From Acidobacteriota bacterium (lineage in GTDB: Bacteria > Acidobacteriota > Vicinamibacteria > Fen-336): 64,000 nt of DNA. Positions 47,635 to 58,076 of this stretch are shown here, one piece after another; within the stretch, counting starts at the first letter, position 1, and each line of letters opens with the position of its first letter. Position numbers and translations under genes: made by a program. The notes beneath the pieces were generated by a model that saw nothing but the letters and a program-made list of their open reading frames with translations, was not told where the DNA came from and did not search any database. The DNA is taken from assembly GCA_032127875.1 (NCBI GenBank), contig JAQBHI010000177.1:2609-66608 (forward strand), written 5' to 3'.

Positions 47635-49317
47635 GTGACTCAGACTCTTCCCGCCGCCCTGCTTCTTGCCTTCACGCTTTCGTCGGCCTCCGCCTTCGCG
47701 GCTGAACCAGAGCAGGCGCCCGATCTCGAGCGCCTGAGCGCGATGACGGCTCGCTTCGTTCCGGTCGAGATCAGGGCCGACATCGCCCCTCTTCCCGACA
47801 GCGAGAAGCGGGCGCTCGCCAAGCTCGTGGAGGCTGCCAAGCTGATCGACGCGCTGTTCCTGCGGCAGGTGTCGGCCCAGAACGAGGCGCTGCTGCTCGA
47901 TCTGGTCCGGGACGAAACGCCACTGGGCAAGGCCCGCCTCCACTATTTCCTGATCAACAAGGGTCCGTGGTCGCGGATCGACCACGATGCGCCGTTTCTT
48001 CCCGGCGTCGGCCCCAAGGACGCGCAGGCGAACTTCTATCCTGCAGCGGCGACGCGCGAGGAGGTCGAGGCCTGGATGAGCGGCCTGCCCACGAAGGAAA
48101 AGACCGCGGCCACCGGCTTCTTCACCACCATCCGGCGCTCGCCCGAGGGCGGCCTGATGGCCGTTCCGTACGATCTCGAGTACCAGGGAGAGCTCGGCCG
48201 GCTTTCGGCGCTTCTCTCCGAGGCCGCGGCTCTCACGACGCAACCCACGCTCAAGGCGTATCTCGAGAAGCGCGCCCGCGCCTTCGCAACGAACGACTAC
48301 TACCACAGCGACGTGGCCTGGATGGAGTTGGACGCGTCGATCGAGCCGACGATCGGCCCCTACGAGGTGTATGAGGACGGCTGGTTCAACTACAAGGCCG
48401 CCTTCGAGGCCTTCATCACCGTGCGCGACGATGCCGAGACGGCCAAACTCGGGAAGTTCAGCGCGGAGCTGCAGGAGCTCGAGGACCACCTGCCGATCGA
48501 GGCGAAGTACCGCAGGCCGAAGCTCGGCGGCCTCTCGCCGATCCGCGTCGTGAACGTCGTGATCTCTTCGGGCGACGGCAACCGCGGCGTGCAGACGATC
48601 GCCTTCAATCTCCCGAACGACGAGCGCGTGGTCGCCGAGCGAGGCTCCAAGCGGACCATGCTCAAGAACTCCAACGAGGTGAAATTCCAGCACGTGCTGA
48701 TCCCGATCTCGAGGGTCGCCCTGGCTCCTGCGGATCAGGCGCGCGTCTCCTTCGAAGCCTTCTTCACGCACGTCTTGATGCACGAGCTGATGCACGGCCT
48801 GGGCCCGCAGACGATCCGTGTGGCGGGGCGCGACACGACGGTGCGGCAGGAGCTGAAGGAAGTGAGTGGCCCGTTGGAGGAGGCCAAGGCCGACATCGCC
48901 GGCCTGTGGGCGCTCCAGTACCTCGCCGACAAGCACGTCGTCGACAAGAGCCTCGCCGACTCGATGTACACGACCTTCCTCGCCTCCGCGTTCCGCTCCA
49001 TCCGCTTCGGCGTGAACGAGGCCCACGGCCGCGGCATCGCTCTCCAGCTCAACTACCTCCTGGATCAGGGTGGTTTCAAGCTGAGCCCCGACGGCACCTT
49101 CGCGATCGATGCTACGAGGATCCGGGCCGGGGTCGCCTCACTCACGGGCGAGATCATGACGCTCCAGGCCACGGGCGACTACGCCAAGGCGAAGGCCTGG
49201 CTCGAGCGGATGGCGGTCGTGCGTCCTTCGGTGCAAAAGCTTCTCGACCGGCTGTCAGGCGTTCCGGTGGACATCGAGCCGCGCTTTCCCACGGCCGAGG
49301 CGCTCACGGCCCGCTGA
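47635..49317 (+). CDS. Peptidase M49 (dipeptidyl-peptidase III-like), secreted
   Basis: NKGPW, IGPYE.YED, AFNLPND, HELMH, EEAKAD, RSIRFG..EAHG. Confidence 0.9.
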   Translation: MTQTLPAALLLAFTLSSASAFAAEPEQAPDLERLSAMTARFVPVEIRADIAPLPDSEKRALAKLVEAAKLIDALFLRQVSAQNEALLLDLVRDETPLGKARLHYFLINKGPWSRIDHDAPFLPGVGPKDAQANFYPAAATREEVEAWMSGLPTKEKTAATGFFTTIRRSPEGGLMAVPYDLEYQGELGRLSALLSEAAALTTQPTLKAYLEKRARAFATNDYYHSDVAWMELDASIEPTIGPYEVYEDGWFNYKAAFEAFITVRDDAETAKLGKFSAELQELEDHLPIEAKYRRPKLGGLSPIRVVNVVISSGDGNRGVQTIAFNLPNDERVVAERGSKRTMLKNSNEVKFQHVLIPISRVALAPADQARVSFEAFFTHVLMHELMHGLGPQTIRVAGRDTTVRQELKEVSGPLEEAKADIAGLWALQYLADKHVVDKSLADSMYTTFLASAFRSIRFGVNEAHGRGIALQLNYLLDQGGFKLSPDGTFAIDATRIRAGVASLTGEIMTLQATGDYAKAKAWLERMAVVRPSVQKLLDRLSGVPVDIEPRFPTAEALTAR

Positions 49318-50788
49318 GCCCTTCGGCCGGGGCCGGGGTCGCACAGTTCGATGCCCGTCTGCGGTAGAGAGCAAAGTCCGTGGTCGCGAAGCGGCCGTAT
49401 GTCGCCGAACGCAACAACAACTCGACGTCCGTCGCCGCGACTCGCAAGCCTCCGAAATCCACGAGCGTGTCCGTGTCCGCGCGACGGTTGAGGATCAGGT
49501 AGCAAACCTGCGCCTCGTCGAGAAACCCGTCCAAGCGTCCTTCCCGCATCCTCCGAAAGTATTCGTAGGAGTTGACCAGGCCGTCGCCATCGACGACCGA
49601 GCGTTCGGAAAAGAAGCCCGTGAACCCTGATCCGTCGATCTGATAGATCCGCCCCTGGGGCGGAACGTGGCGCTGGATCCCGGCGACGAACCCGCGCGCG
49701 CCACGGACTACGTCGAGATGAGCCCGGTAGATGTGCAACTTGTACAGTGCGAGCGCCACACCCAGCATGGCCGTCGCCGCGACCACCAGCGTGCGCACGC
49801 GAGCCAGGGCGGGGCTGTGCAGCCGGCAGCGCGTCAAACCGAAGAACAGCACGAGATAGGCGGGCAGGTAGCACCAGAACGGCATCAGCTGAGAGACGAA
49901 GTGCATGGCACTGAAGGCCGTCGCACCGAGGCCCAGATACAGCAGCCGTCGGTTGCAGGCGTCGTGCCGCTCCCTGGCACACAGCAGGACCAGTGTCGCG
50001 GCCAAGCCCAGGCAGAGCAGGGCGCGCACAACGTACCCGAGGGCAATCCCCTCCGCGCCGACGAAACTCGTCCACAGCGCGGCGCCAAAGGGCGCTGCAT
50101 TCGAGGCCTTGATCATCGACGAGACCGAGAAGGGCTTCCCGAAGAGCAGGTACATGAGCGTCAGTTGCGTCACTACGCCGGCGCTGACGGACAACGACAG
50201 TTGCAGTGCGCTTCGCCGTTCGCGCTCGAAGACGAAGAGCGAGACGGCGTACACGACCAGGATCAGCGCCGCGTCGACCCGGGCCAGCGGGATCAGCCAT
50301 GCCAGCAACCAGCTTCGCCACGGGCGTTCGGCCGCTCCCGGGCCCCGCTCCGTCTGCTCGCAGGCCAGGGCGAGCAACAGGCACGAGAGCAGCAGGGTTT
50401 CCATCAGCAGGGTGCCCAGGACGACCAGGGCGACGAAGCCTAGCCGCTCCACGGCGCGCCGGTGGTAGCGGAACGCGGCGCCGAGGGCCAGGGCCACGAA
50501 GCTGACCTCGAACGCGTACAGATGGGTCGCCTTGTCCGTGCTCCACGGAGCCAACGCCGCTGACACGAGCCCGAGCACACCGCCCCAGAGCAGGTGGTAG
50601 CCACTCGTGGTGCTGAAGCCGTCGAAGCTCGAGTGTCCGCTCGTTCCGAGGTTGTAGGCGATCTGCGCATAGAAGTAGCCATCGTCGTAGGTGAGCCCGT
50701 ACGGGAAACCATTGATGAGGTCGAAGCCGAGCGCGCAGAGCGTCAGCGCGAGAGCCACGAGCAGCGCGCCGCGGAGCACGCCGCTCAT
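49304..50788 (-). CDS. GT-C fold membrane glycosyltransferase-like protein
   Basis: DDGYFY.QIA.N...G.SSFDG...T.GYH.LW, MET, ARVD, DG.VNS. Confidence 0.75.
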   Translation of the reverse strand: MSGVLRGALLVALALTLCALGFDLINGFPYGLTYDDGYFYAQIAYNLGTSGHSSFDGFSTTSGYHLLWGGVLGLVSAALAPWSTDKATHLYAFEVSFVALALGAAFRYHRRAVERLGFVALVVLGTLLMETLLLSCLLLALACEQTERGPGAAERPWRSWLLAWLIPLARVDAALILVVYAVSLFVFERERRSALQLSLSVSAGVVTQLTLMYLLFGKPFSVSSMIKASNAAPFGAALWTSFVGAEGIALGYVVRALLCLGLAATLVLLCARERHDACNRRLLYLGLGATAFSAMHFVSQLMPFWCYLPAYLVLFFGLTRCRLHSPALARVRTLVVAATAMLGVALALYKLHIYRAHLDVVRGARGFVAGIQRHVPPQGRIYQIDGSGFTGFFSERSVVDGDGLVNSYEYFRRMREGRLDGFLDEAQVCYLILNRRADTDTLVDFGGLRVAATDVELLLRSATYGRFATTDFALYRRRASNCATPAPAEGLSGP

Positions 50789-52158
50789 CGTGCCAGGCGC
50801 AGCAGGACGGCATCTCCCCATTCGATCACGGTCTGAAAACGGGCCAGGACTTCGATCTCACCGCGGCGGTCTTTGTCCACTAACAGCAGCCCCGAGTTAG
50901 AGTCGGCCTGGGCCAGGGCGCCGGCCGCGTCGTACTGCGTCGCATCGAGCGGGCGCTCGGCATAGTAGAGCAGGGGATTTGCCACCCCCCAGTAGCGGGT
51001 GCCCAGATAGGGGATCGCCTGGCCAGCGGGCGCCGCATCCCGAAGCGCGCCCGCCGCGCGCTTGAGCGGGTCGTTGCCCGGATGCGCCAGCAGGTCCGGC
51101 TTCGTCCAGAACGCGACGGCGGCCAGAGCGAGCACGCCCGGCGCCGCACGCCTCAGCCAGGGCGTGAAGCGCGGAAGCGCGTGGCTCGACCAGAGCGCGG
51201 CGACCAACGCCATGGCGGGCAGCGTCGGGAAGAGGTAACGCGGCGACTGCGCGCTCGAGAAACTGTAGAGGGCGATGGGTGCGAGGATCCAGGCCACGAG
51301 CAGGCGTTCTGCGAGGCCTCGGGTACGCCACAGTAGCGGGATGCCCGCTAACGCCGGGAGAACGACGGGCTGGAAGGAGCCGAGCAGGGCCATTGGATAC
51401 CCCGTCAGGACACGCGCCAGGCTGAAGCCGGCGCTGGTGCGCGAAGCGATCTCCCCGACATAGTGCTCGCGCAGCGCGAAAACGCCATGGACCAGATACT
51501 GGTGCAGCGGCCACGTCAGGCCGATCCCCAACCCGCCGAGGACGCCCACCAAGAGCCACGGCTGCTTCACCAGCCGTCGAGCCCCGGAGTCGAACACGCA
51601 GGCGCTCGCCAACACCAACAGGGGGAGCAAGCCCAGGACGCTTTTCGTCAGCAGCGCAGCCCCCAGTGGGATGGCGAAGAATCCCAGCAGGCGGGGTCGC
51701 CGCTCGCCCTCGGTGAGGAGCACAAATGCGACGACGACCCAGAACGTCAGAGCGACGTCCAGCATGCAGCGTCGGGCGTGGTTGCAGAAGAACGGAGCGA
51801 TGGCCAGCAGCGCGGCTGCCGTGCCCGCGACTTCTTCCCCCGCGAGGCGGCGCCCAAGCCAGAACACGCCGCACAGCGTGCCCAGCGCCATCAGCGCAGA
51901 GGGCAGGCGCGCCGCGAAGTCGTTCTCGCCGAACACGGAGAAAGAGGCCGCCAGGATTGCGATCTGAAGCGGAGGGTTCTGGAACGTCGGATGAGCGTTC
52001 CATGTGACGGTGGAGAGGTCTCCGGAGCGGGCCATCTCGACCCCCTTCCTCGCATAGAAGCAGTCGTCCAGCGAGGGCAGGCTGAGCCCAGGATTCGCAG
52101 TGAAAAGCAGCGCGGCCGCGGCCAGCAGCAGCAGCCACTGGCGCCGGAGGGCTCTCAC
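50785..52158 (-). CDS. ArnT/PMT (GT39-like) glycosyltransferase
   Basis: DD..YA....EM, NPPL, FG..FAARLPS, LD, TK, PRY..P..P. Confidence 0.88.
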   Translation of the reverse strand: MRALRRQWLLLLAAAALLFTANPGLSLPSLDDCFYARKGVEMARSGDLSTVTWNAHPTFQNPPLQIAILAASFSVFGENDFAARLPSALMALGTLCGVFWLGRRLAGEEVAGTAAALLAIAPFFCNHARRCMLDVALTFWVVVAFVLLTEGERRPRLLGFFAIPLGAALLTKSVLGLLPLLVLASACVFDSGARRLVKQPWLLVGVLGGLGIGLTWPLHQYLVHGVFALREHYVGEIASRTSAGFSLARVLTGYPMALLGSFQPVVLPALAGIPLLWRTRGLAERLLVAWILAPIALYSFSSAQSPRYLFPTLPAMALVAALWSSHALPRFTPWLRRAAPGVLALAAVAFWTKPDLLAHPGNDPLKRAAGALRDAAPAGQAIPYLGTRYWGVANPLLYYAERPLDATQYDAAGALAQADSNSGLLLVDKDRRGEIEVLARFQTVIEWGDAVLLRLAR

Positions 52159-52166
52159 GCCCGCGA

Positions 52167-53054
52167 CTATAGGCGACTTCCGTCCAGGAAGCCCAGCACC
52201 GTGGCCCAGTAATCGGGGCGCAGCGGCGCGCCGGCGTGATCGACACCCGCGGCTATCCACAACTTCTTCGGCCCCGGATGCGCGTCGTAGACGCGCCGCA
52301 CGACGGCCTCCGGCATGCGCGGATCGTTGCCGTCGACGATGGCGAGCAGCGGCGCCTTCACGCGGCGCGCGGCCGCAACAGCGTCCACCTCATCGGCATC
52401 GAAGCCGGCCCGCCATTCGGCGATGGCCACGGCGATCGGGATGAGCGGCACCCAGGCGGGGAGGCCGAAGCGCAGGCGCGCGTGATGCTTCACGGTGCCG
52501 CGATAGGAGTCGAAGGGCGCCTCGGCGATCACCACCCGCACGTCATCACGATCGGCGGCGGCGCGGATCACGGCGACGGCGCCCATCGAAACGCCGCTCA
52601 GGATGAATCCCGCGCTCGCAAGGCCGCGTTCCTTCAACAGCGCCATCGCCGAGCGCACGTCTTCGCGTTCACGCCCGCCGAGCGTCGTGTAGCGGCCTTC
52701 ACTTCCGCCGTGGGCGCGCAGGTCGAGCAGCAGCACGCTGTGGCCTCGCCGCCCGTAGGCGTCGCCGGCCCCCGTGAGGCTCTCGAGCGAATCGGCGAGG
52801 CCGTGAACGGCGACCACCGCCGCGCGTTCCGGACGCCCAGGCCGAAGCCACGCTCGCAGCCGAAGGCCTTCGGCGACGGGGTGAACCTCCTCGTAGCCCC
52901 ATGGTGCCGGGTCAGTGGCTTGGCGGTGGCTTTCGATCAGGATCTGCGAGAACGAGCAGGGGATCGCCAGGAAGAGCGCAAGCGAGTAGAAGGCCGCCCG
53001 CGCCAGGATCCGCCCCCGCCGGGTCTGTGGGCCCCGCCAAAGAGTCAGCGCCAT
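52167..53054 (-). CDS. Alpha/beta hydrolase, membrane-anchored
   Basis: VHG, DLRAHG.SEG, GVSMG nucleophile elbow, D and H of the triad near the C-terminus. Confidence 0.9.
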   Translation of the reverse strand: MALTLWRGPQTRRGRILARAAFYSLALFLAIPCSFSQILIESHRQATDPAPWGYEEVHPVAEGLRLRAWLRPGRPERAAVVAVHGLADSLESLTGAGDAYGRRGHSVLLLDLRAHGGSEGRYTTLGGREREDVRSAMALLKERGLASAGFILSGVSMGAVAVIRAAADRDDVRVVIAEAPFDSYRGTVKHHARLRFGLPAWVPLIPIAVAIAEWRAGFDADEVDAVAAARRVKAPLLAIVDGNDPRMPEAVVRRVYDAHPGPKKLWIAAGVDHAGAPLRPDYWATVLGFLDGSRL

Positions 53055-53075
53055 GGCTCATAATGTGCCCAAACC

Positions 53076-54005
53076 ATGGACATCGTGCTGAGTCGCCGCG
53101 GCGGTGGGCCGCTGCGCGATCAGCTCAAGGCTCAGATCGAGCTCAAGATCCTGGGCGGTGAGATCCAGGCCGGGGAGCGCCTGCCCAGCGTGCGCGCGCT
53201 CGCTCGCCGGCTGAAGGTTCATCCCAACACCGTCTCGGCGGCCTACCAATCTCTCGAGGAAGCCGGCCATCTGCAGCTGCGCTCGGGCTCGGGCGTCTTC
53301 GTGCGGCCTAGCGGCCCGCGTTTGCCGCAAGAAGCGCGAGATCTTGATGAGATGATGCGGCTCGCCCTGATGATGGCGCTCCGAAAGGGCTACTCCGGGG
53401 CCCAGGTGCGTGGCGCCGTCCAGCGCTGGCTTGCGGCGGCGCCGCCCGATCGGATCGTGGTCGTGGATCCCTCCCGCGAGATGGCCGACTTGATGGTCCG
53501 GGAGATCGGCGAATCCCTCAAGCGCCCCGCGTCCTCCGCGGCGATCGATGATCTCGAGCGTCATCCCGGCCTGGTCTCGGGAGCGCTGGCGGCGGCCTTG
53601 CCGTACCACGTGGAGACCGTGCGGCGCCTGGTACCCGGCGCCGCGATCTTCCGGCTCACGCTCGAGGTGTCTCCCGAAGACCGGGCCGCGGTGATAGCCC
53701 TGCCATCGGGGGCGATCGTGCTGGTGGTGTCCCACTCGCCGACGGTTCTGCCGTTCGCCTCGGTGCTGATCCGCAGCCTGCGCGGCGACGACGTGCTCGT
53801 CGAGGCCCGGCCGCTCGCGGCGCGAGCCGAGTGGCAGCGCCTGCTGCGTGCCGCGGACGCCGTCTTCGCCGACGTGCTCGCCTATCCGGAGGTCCGGCGC
53901 GGGCAGCCAAGGCGCGTACGCGAGGTGCGCTTCATTCCGAAGCCTGTTCTCGCCAGAATGGCGGACGCGATGACGGTAGTGGTAGCAAGGAGCAGCGTCG
54001 AATGA
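53076..54005 (+). CDS. GntR (YtrA-like) transcriptional regulator with C-terminal extension
   Basis: GERLPSVRALARRLKVHPNTVS.AY..L...G......GSG.FV. Confidence 0.9.
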   Translation: MDIVLSRRGGGPLRDQLKAQIELKILGGEIQAGERLPSVRALARRLKVHPNTVSAAYQSLEEAGHLQLRSGSGVFVRPSGPRLPQEARDLDEMMRLALMMALRKGYSGAQVRGAVQRWLAAAPPDRIVVVDPSREMADLMVREIGESLKRPASSAAIDDLERHPGLVSGALAAALPYHVETVRRLVPGAAIFRLTLEVSPEDRAAVIALPSGAIVLVVSHSPTVLPFASVLIRSLRGDDVLVEARPLAARAEWQRLLRAADAVFADVLAYPEVRRGQPRRVREVRFIPKPVLARMADAMTVVVARSSVE

Positions 54006-54008
54006 ATT

Positions 54009-54563
54009 TCAGGAGCGTCGGGGAGGGCGGTCATCATCGCCGGCGCGCCGCACCGAGGTTGCGAGCGCGAACAACTTGATCTCCGCAGCGCCCTCGGACA
54101 AGCGAGCCATGCGCTCGAAGGAAAAGCCCAGCTTCACCAGAAGACCGATCGAGGCGGGGTTGTCCGGGGAGGTGATTGCGACGATACGCTTCAGGCCAAG
54201 GCCGTCTCGCGCCTGGGCCAGCACCGCCGAAGCGGACTCGAAGGCATAGCCTCTCGACCAGAAGCGCTTCAGGAAGGCGAAGCCGAGGTCCGCGTCCGGA
54301 AGGGACTCCCTCTTCAGCAGGCCGCAGATCCCGATCGGCTCGCGTATCTGCTTCAATGTCACGCGATACAGCCCAAAACCAAAGCGCTCGTAACTGGCCA
54401 CCGGCCCCGCCAGGATGTACCGGTCCGCATCCGCCCGGGTCCTCACCCCTTTGTCTCCGATATTCAGGACGAAGGGCGGCTCGTTCAACAGCTCGAGGAC
54501 GAAGGCGCTGTCATCGACGCTGAGCCTTTCGAGCGACAGCCGCTTGGTTTCGAGCACGAGCAT
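54009..54563 (-). CDS. GNAT N-acetyltransferase, RimJ/RimL family
   Basis: LET.RL.L, IG.CGL, DLGFAF...FW.RGYA.E, N.ASI.LL.KLGF. Confidence 0.92.
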   Translation of the reverse strand: MLVLETKRLSLERLSVDDSAFVLELLNEPPFVLNIGDKGVRTRADADRYILAGPVASYERFGFGLYRVTLKQIREPIGICGLLKRESLPDADLGFAFLKRFWSRGYAFESASAVLAQARDGLGLKRIVAITSPDNPASIGLLVKLGFSFERMARLSEGAAEIKLFALATSVRRAGDDDRPPRRS

Positions 54564-54791
54564 CCTATGCCGATCTGCGGCCCACGAAGATCCGCTTCAC
54601 AGCTCCACCTTCAGCTTCTACCAGGCGGGCGAGGCTCACCTCGAACGGCAGCCCAGAGGCGGCCGACGGTAGAAGAGAGCATGGCTTTGCGGCGAGGCTA
54701 ATCCGCGGGACCACGGCCGGTCAAACGAGTCGAGAGCGGAGGGCCGACTTTCGGTTGTACACTCGGCCTTCCCAGCAAGCTCGGAGGATCC

Positions 54792-57700
54792 ATGGGGATG
54801 AACCCCACTGCCATGCACCGTGCCGTCGTCGTCGTGTTGAGCCTGAGCCTCGCGCCTGCCGTTCGCGCCGGGATCGATCCGGACACCCTGGCCGGCCTGA
54901 AGGCGCGCTCGATCGGCCCCGCGGGCATGAGCGGGCGCATCGCCGCGATCGACGCCTCGGTCTCGAACCCGGACCTGGTCTGGGCCGGCGCCGCCACGGG
55001 AGGCGTGTGGAAATCCACGAACGGGGCCCTGAGCTTCTCACCGATGTTCGACGATCAGCCGGTGCACGCAATCGGTGCGGTGGCCATCTATCAGGCGAAC
55101 CCGGACATCGTCTGGGTGGGCACCGGCGAAGGCAACACCCGGAACAGCGTGTCGGTGGGCAACGGCATCTACCGGACGATCGACGGCGGCAAGAGCTGGT
55201 CTCACGTCGGGCTGGAGAATACAGAGCGCATCTACCGGATCGTGCTACATCCTTCGAATTCCGACACGGCGTGGGTGTGCGCCCCGGGCCAGGAGTGGGG
55301 AGAAAACGCCGAGCGCGGCGTCTTCAAGACCGAGGATGGCGGCAGGAAGTGGACGAAGATCCTCTACGTCGACGAGAAGACAGGCTGCGGCGACCTGGTC
55401 CTCGACCCGAAGAACCCCGGCAAGTTGTTCGCGTCGATGTGGCAGTTCCGGCGCTGGCCGTGGTTCTTCAAGTCGGGCGGGCCGGGTTCGAGCCTCCACG
55501 TCACGTACGACGGCGGCGCGAGCTGGAAGAAGCTCCAGGAGGAAGACGGCCTGCCCGAGGGCGAGTTGGGGCGCATCGGCCTTGCGATCGCAGCCTCGGA
55601 CCCGCAGATCGTCTACGCCCTCGTGGAGGCCGAGAAGAGCGCCATGTTGCGCTCGACCGATGGCGGCCGCACTTTCAAGACCATGAACGACCGGCCCAAC
55701 GTCAACCCCCGGCCCTTCTACTTCTGCGATCTGCGCGTGGACCCGCAGACGCCCAACCGCGTCTACAACCTCGAGTACAACCCGCGCGTCTCCGAGGACG
55801 GCGGCAAGACCTGGGCCGTGCTGCCGGGCGCGACCTGGGCGCTGATCCACGGCGACCATCACGCGATGTGGATCGATCCGAACGAACCGGCCCACATCTA
55901 CGTCGGCAGCGACGGCGGCATCGCCGAAAGCCGCGACCGCGGCAAGAGCTTCCGCTTCGTCTCGAGCGTGCCGCTCGCGCAGTACTACCACGTCGCCGTC
56001 GACGACGATCGTCCGTATCACGTGTACGGCGGCCTCCAGGACAACGGCTCCTGGCGCGGCCCCTCCCAGGTCTACCAGAGTGGTGGGATCCGCAACCATC
56101 ACTTCGAGGTGGTGGGCGACGGTGACGGCTTCGAGACGCTGCCCGACCCCCGCGACTCCTCGCGCGGCTACTCGCTCTGGCAAGGTGGCTTCCTGATGCG
56201 CTGGAACCTCGTGACCGGCGAACAGAAACTGGTGAAGCCGGCGCCTCCCGAAGGCACGCGGCTGCGCTTCAACTGGAACGCCGGCATGGCGATCGATCCT
56301 TTCGATCCAGACACGGTGCTTCTCGGCAGCCAGTTCCTGCACCGCTCGAAGGACCGTGGCGAGACCTGGGAGATCGCGAGCCCCGACCTGACCTCGAACA
56401 ACCCCGAGTGGCAGAAGCAGGACCGAAGCGGCGGTCTGACCCCCGACGTGAGCGGCGCCGAGAATTTCACGACCATCATCGCGATCGCTCCCAGCCCGCT
56501 CGAGAAGGGGCTGCTCTGGGTCGGTACCGACGATGGCCGCGTGCAGTTGACTCGCGACGCCGGCCAGACCTGGACTTCGGTCGAGAAGAACATTCCCGGC
56601 GCTCCGGCGAACACTTGGGTGCCGGAGATCCGCCCGTCACGCTTCGATGCCGGCACGGCTTTCATCCTGCTCGACAACCACCGGCGCTCCGACTGGACCC
56701 CCTACGTGTACAGGACCACGGACTACGGCAAGACCTGGAAGAGCCTCGCGACGAACGAACTGCGCGGCTACAGCCTCACGCTCGAGCAGGACGTCGTGAA
56801 GAAGGACCTGCTGTTCCTCGGCACCGAGTTCGGCCTGTACGTTTCCTGGGACGGCGGCGCTTCCTGGAGTCACCTGAAGAAGACCGTGCCCACCGCGTCC
56901 GTGATGGACCTTCGGGTCCATCCGCGAGACCACGACCTGGTGATCGCCACCCATGGCCGCGCCCTCTACATCCTCGATGACATCCGCCCGCTGCGTGCGA
57001 TGACGGCCGAGGCGCTGGCCGAGCCGCTGCACTTCTACGATGTCGCCGATGCGCAAGGCTATTGGAGCAGGCCCGAGGAGGGCGGTTTCGGATTCGGAGC
57101 CGGCGAATTCCGAGGCGAGAACCGGCCCTATGGAGCGATCCTCACCTACTCGATGAACCTGCCGGGGCTGCCTGTCCAGGACGACGACAAGGAGCGCGCT
57201 CGCAAGGAAAAGGAACGGGCCGACAAGCGCCGCGCCGCCGCCGCCGAAAAGGGCGAGAAGAAAGAAGAGAAGAAGGCCAAGGACGAGGACAAGGGACCGA
57301 AGGTCGAGATCGCCGTGAAGGACGCCTCGGGCAAGCTGATCCGGAACTTCAAGGCGCCGGCGCGTCTGGGGGTCAACCGGGCCGCTTGGGACCTCACGCG
57401 CGATGACTTCAAGGAGCTGCCGCGGGCCGAAGACGACCCGCGTGAGGAGAACGAGAATCCGTCCGGACCCGAAGTTCCGCCCGGCATTTACACGATCTCG
57501 ATGAAGTACGCGGGGCACGAAGCCAGTCAGCTCGTCACGGTGCGGCCCGACCCGCGCTCGAAGAACACGCCGGCCGACTGGGCGGCGCGCTACCAGGCGA
57601 TCCTGGAGGCGGGCGCTCTTTCCGACGGCGTCGCGGATGCGGTCGCGCGTCTGCGCCGGACGAAACAGGACATTGAAGCCGTTCAGGAGCGGGTGCGCCG

Positions 57701-58067
57701 TGCGGCCGAAGATGCGGGCGAGAAGGATAAGAAGAAGATCGCCGAGCAGCCGCTCGTGAAGAACGGCGACGAACTCGTGCGTGCGCTCGATGGGCTGGAG
57801 AAGCGTCTCTGGCAATCCCCGGAGACCAAGGGCATCGTTCCGGATCTCGACGTCAACTCACGGGTTGGCGAGGCGTACTACTTCCTATCGTCCTCGATGG
57901 ACCCGCCAAGCCCCACACAGCGGGAGCTGCTCAAACAGGCGGGTGCCAGGCTCGTGGCCTTCCAGGCCGAGATGGAAAAGGTGTTCGCGACCGACGTGGC
58001 CGCGTACCGTAAGCTCGCCGTGGAGGCGAAGATCGGCCTGCTTCCGGAGCCCGCGTCGAAGCAGTAG
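54792..58067 (+). CDS. VPS10/sortilin-like BNR-repeat beta-propeller protein (glycosyl hydrolase-like), secreted
   Basis: RSIGPA.MSGRI, repeated S.DGG.TW Asp-boxes, HGDHHA.WIDP, GGLQDNG, R.NWN, GTEFG, ATHGR. Confidence 0.92.
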   Translation: MGMNPTAMHRAVVVVLSLSLAPAVRAGIDPDTLAGLKARSIGPAGMSGRIAAIDASVSNPDLVWAGAATGGVWKSTNGALSFSPMFDDQPVHAIGAVAIYQANPDIVWVGTGEGNTRNSVSVGNGIYRTIDGGKSWSHVGLENTERIYRIVLHPSNSDTAWVCAPGQEWGENAERGVFKTEDGGRKWTKILYVDEKTGCGDLVLDPKNPGKLFASMWQFRRWPWFFKSGGPGSSLHVTYDGGASWKKLQEEDGLPEGELGRIGLAIAASDPQIVYALVEAEKSAMLRSTDGGRTFKTMNDRPNVNPRPFYFCDLRVDPQTPNRVYNLEYNPRVSEDGGKTWAVLPGATWALIHGDHHAMWIDPNEPAHIYVGSDGGIAESRDRGKSFRFVSSVPLAQYYHVAVDDDRPYHVYGGLQDNGSWRGPSQVYQSGGIRNHHFEVVGDGDGFETLPDPRDSSRGYSLWQGGFLMRWNLVTGEQKLVKPAPPEGTRLRFNWNAGMAIDPFDPDTVLLGSQFLHRSKDRGETWEIASPDLTSNNPEWQKQDRSGGLTPDVSGAENFTTIIAIAPSPLEKGLLWVGTDDGRVQLTRDAGQTWTSVEKNIPGAPANTWVPEIRPSRFDAGTAFILLDNHRRSDWTPYVYRTTDYGKTWKSLATNELRGYSLTLEQDVVKKDLLFLGTEFGLYVSWDGGASWSHLKKTVPTASVMDLRVHPRDHDLVIATHGRALYILDDIRPLRAMTAEALAEPLHFYDVADAQGYWSRPEEGGFGFGAGEFRGENRPYGAILTYSMNLPGLPVQDDDKERARKEKERADKRRAAAAEKGEKKEEKKAKDEDKGPKVEIAVKDASGKLIRNFKAPARLGVNRAAWDLTRDDFKELPRAEDDPREENENPSGPEVPPGIYTISMKYAGHEASQLVTVRPDPRSKNTPADWAARYQAILEAGALSDGVADAVARLRRTKQDIEAVQERVRRAAEDAGEKDKKKIAEQPLVKNGDELVRALDGLEKRLWQSPETKGIVPDLDVNSRVGEAYYFLSSSMDPPSPTQRELLKQAGARLVAFQAEMEKVFATDVAAYRKLAVEAKIGLLPEPASKQ

Positions 58068-58076
58068 AGTTCGGGT

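Noticed and set aside
53055-53082. Possible GntR/YtrA operator (TGT-N13-ACA) in the 21-bp divergent gap and start codon
   Set aside because: Symmetry is too weak to support from sequence alone
54565-54715. Short minus-strand frame (...SGLPFEVSLARLVEAEGGAVKRIFVGRRSA*) ending next to the GNAT start
   Set aside because: Might be a gene remnant but has no recognisable family, RBS or clear start
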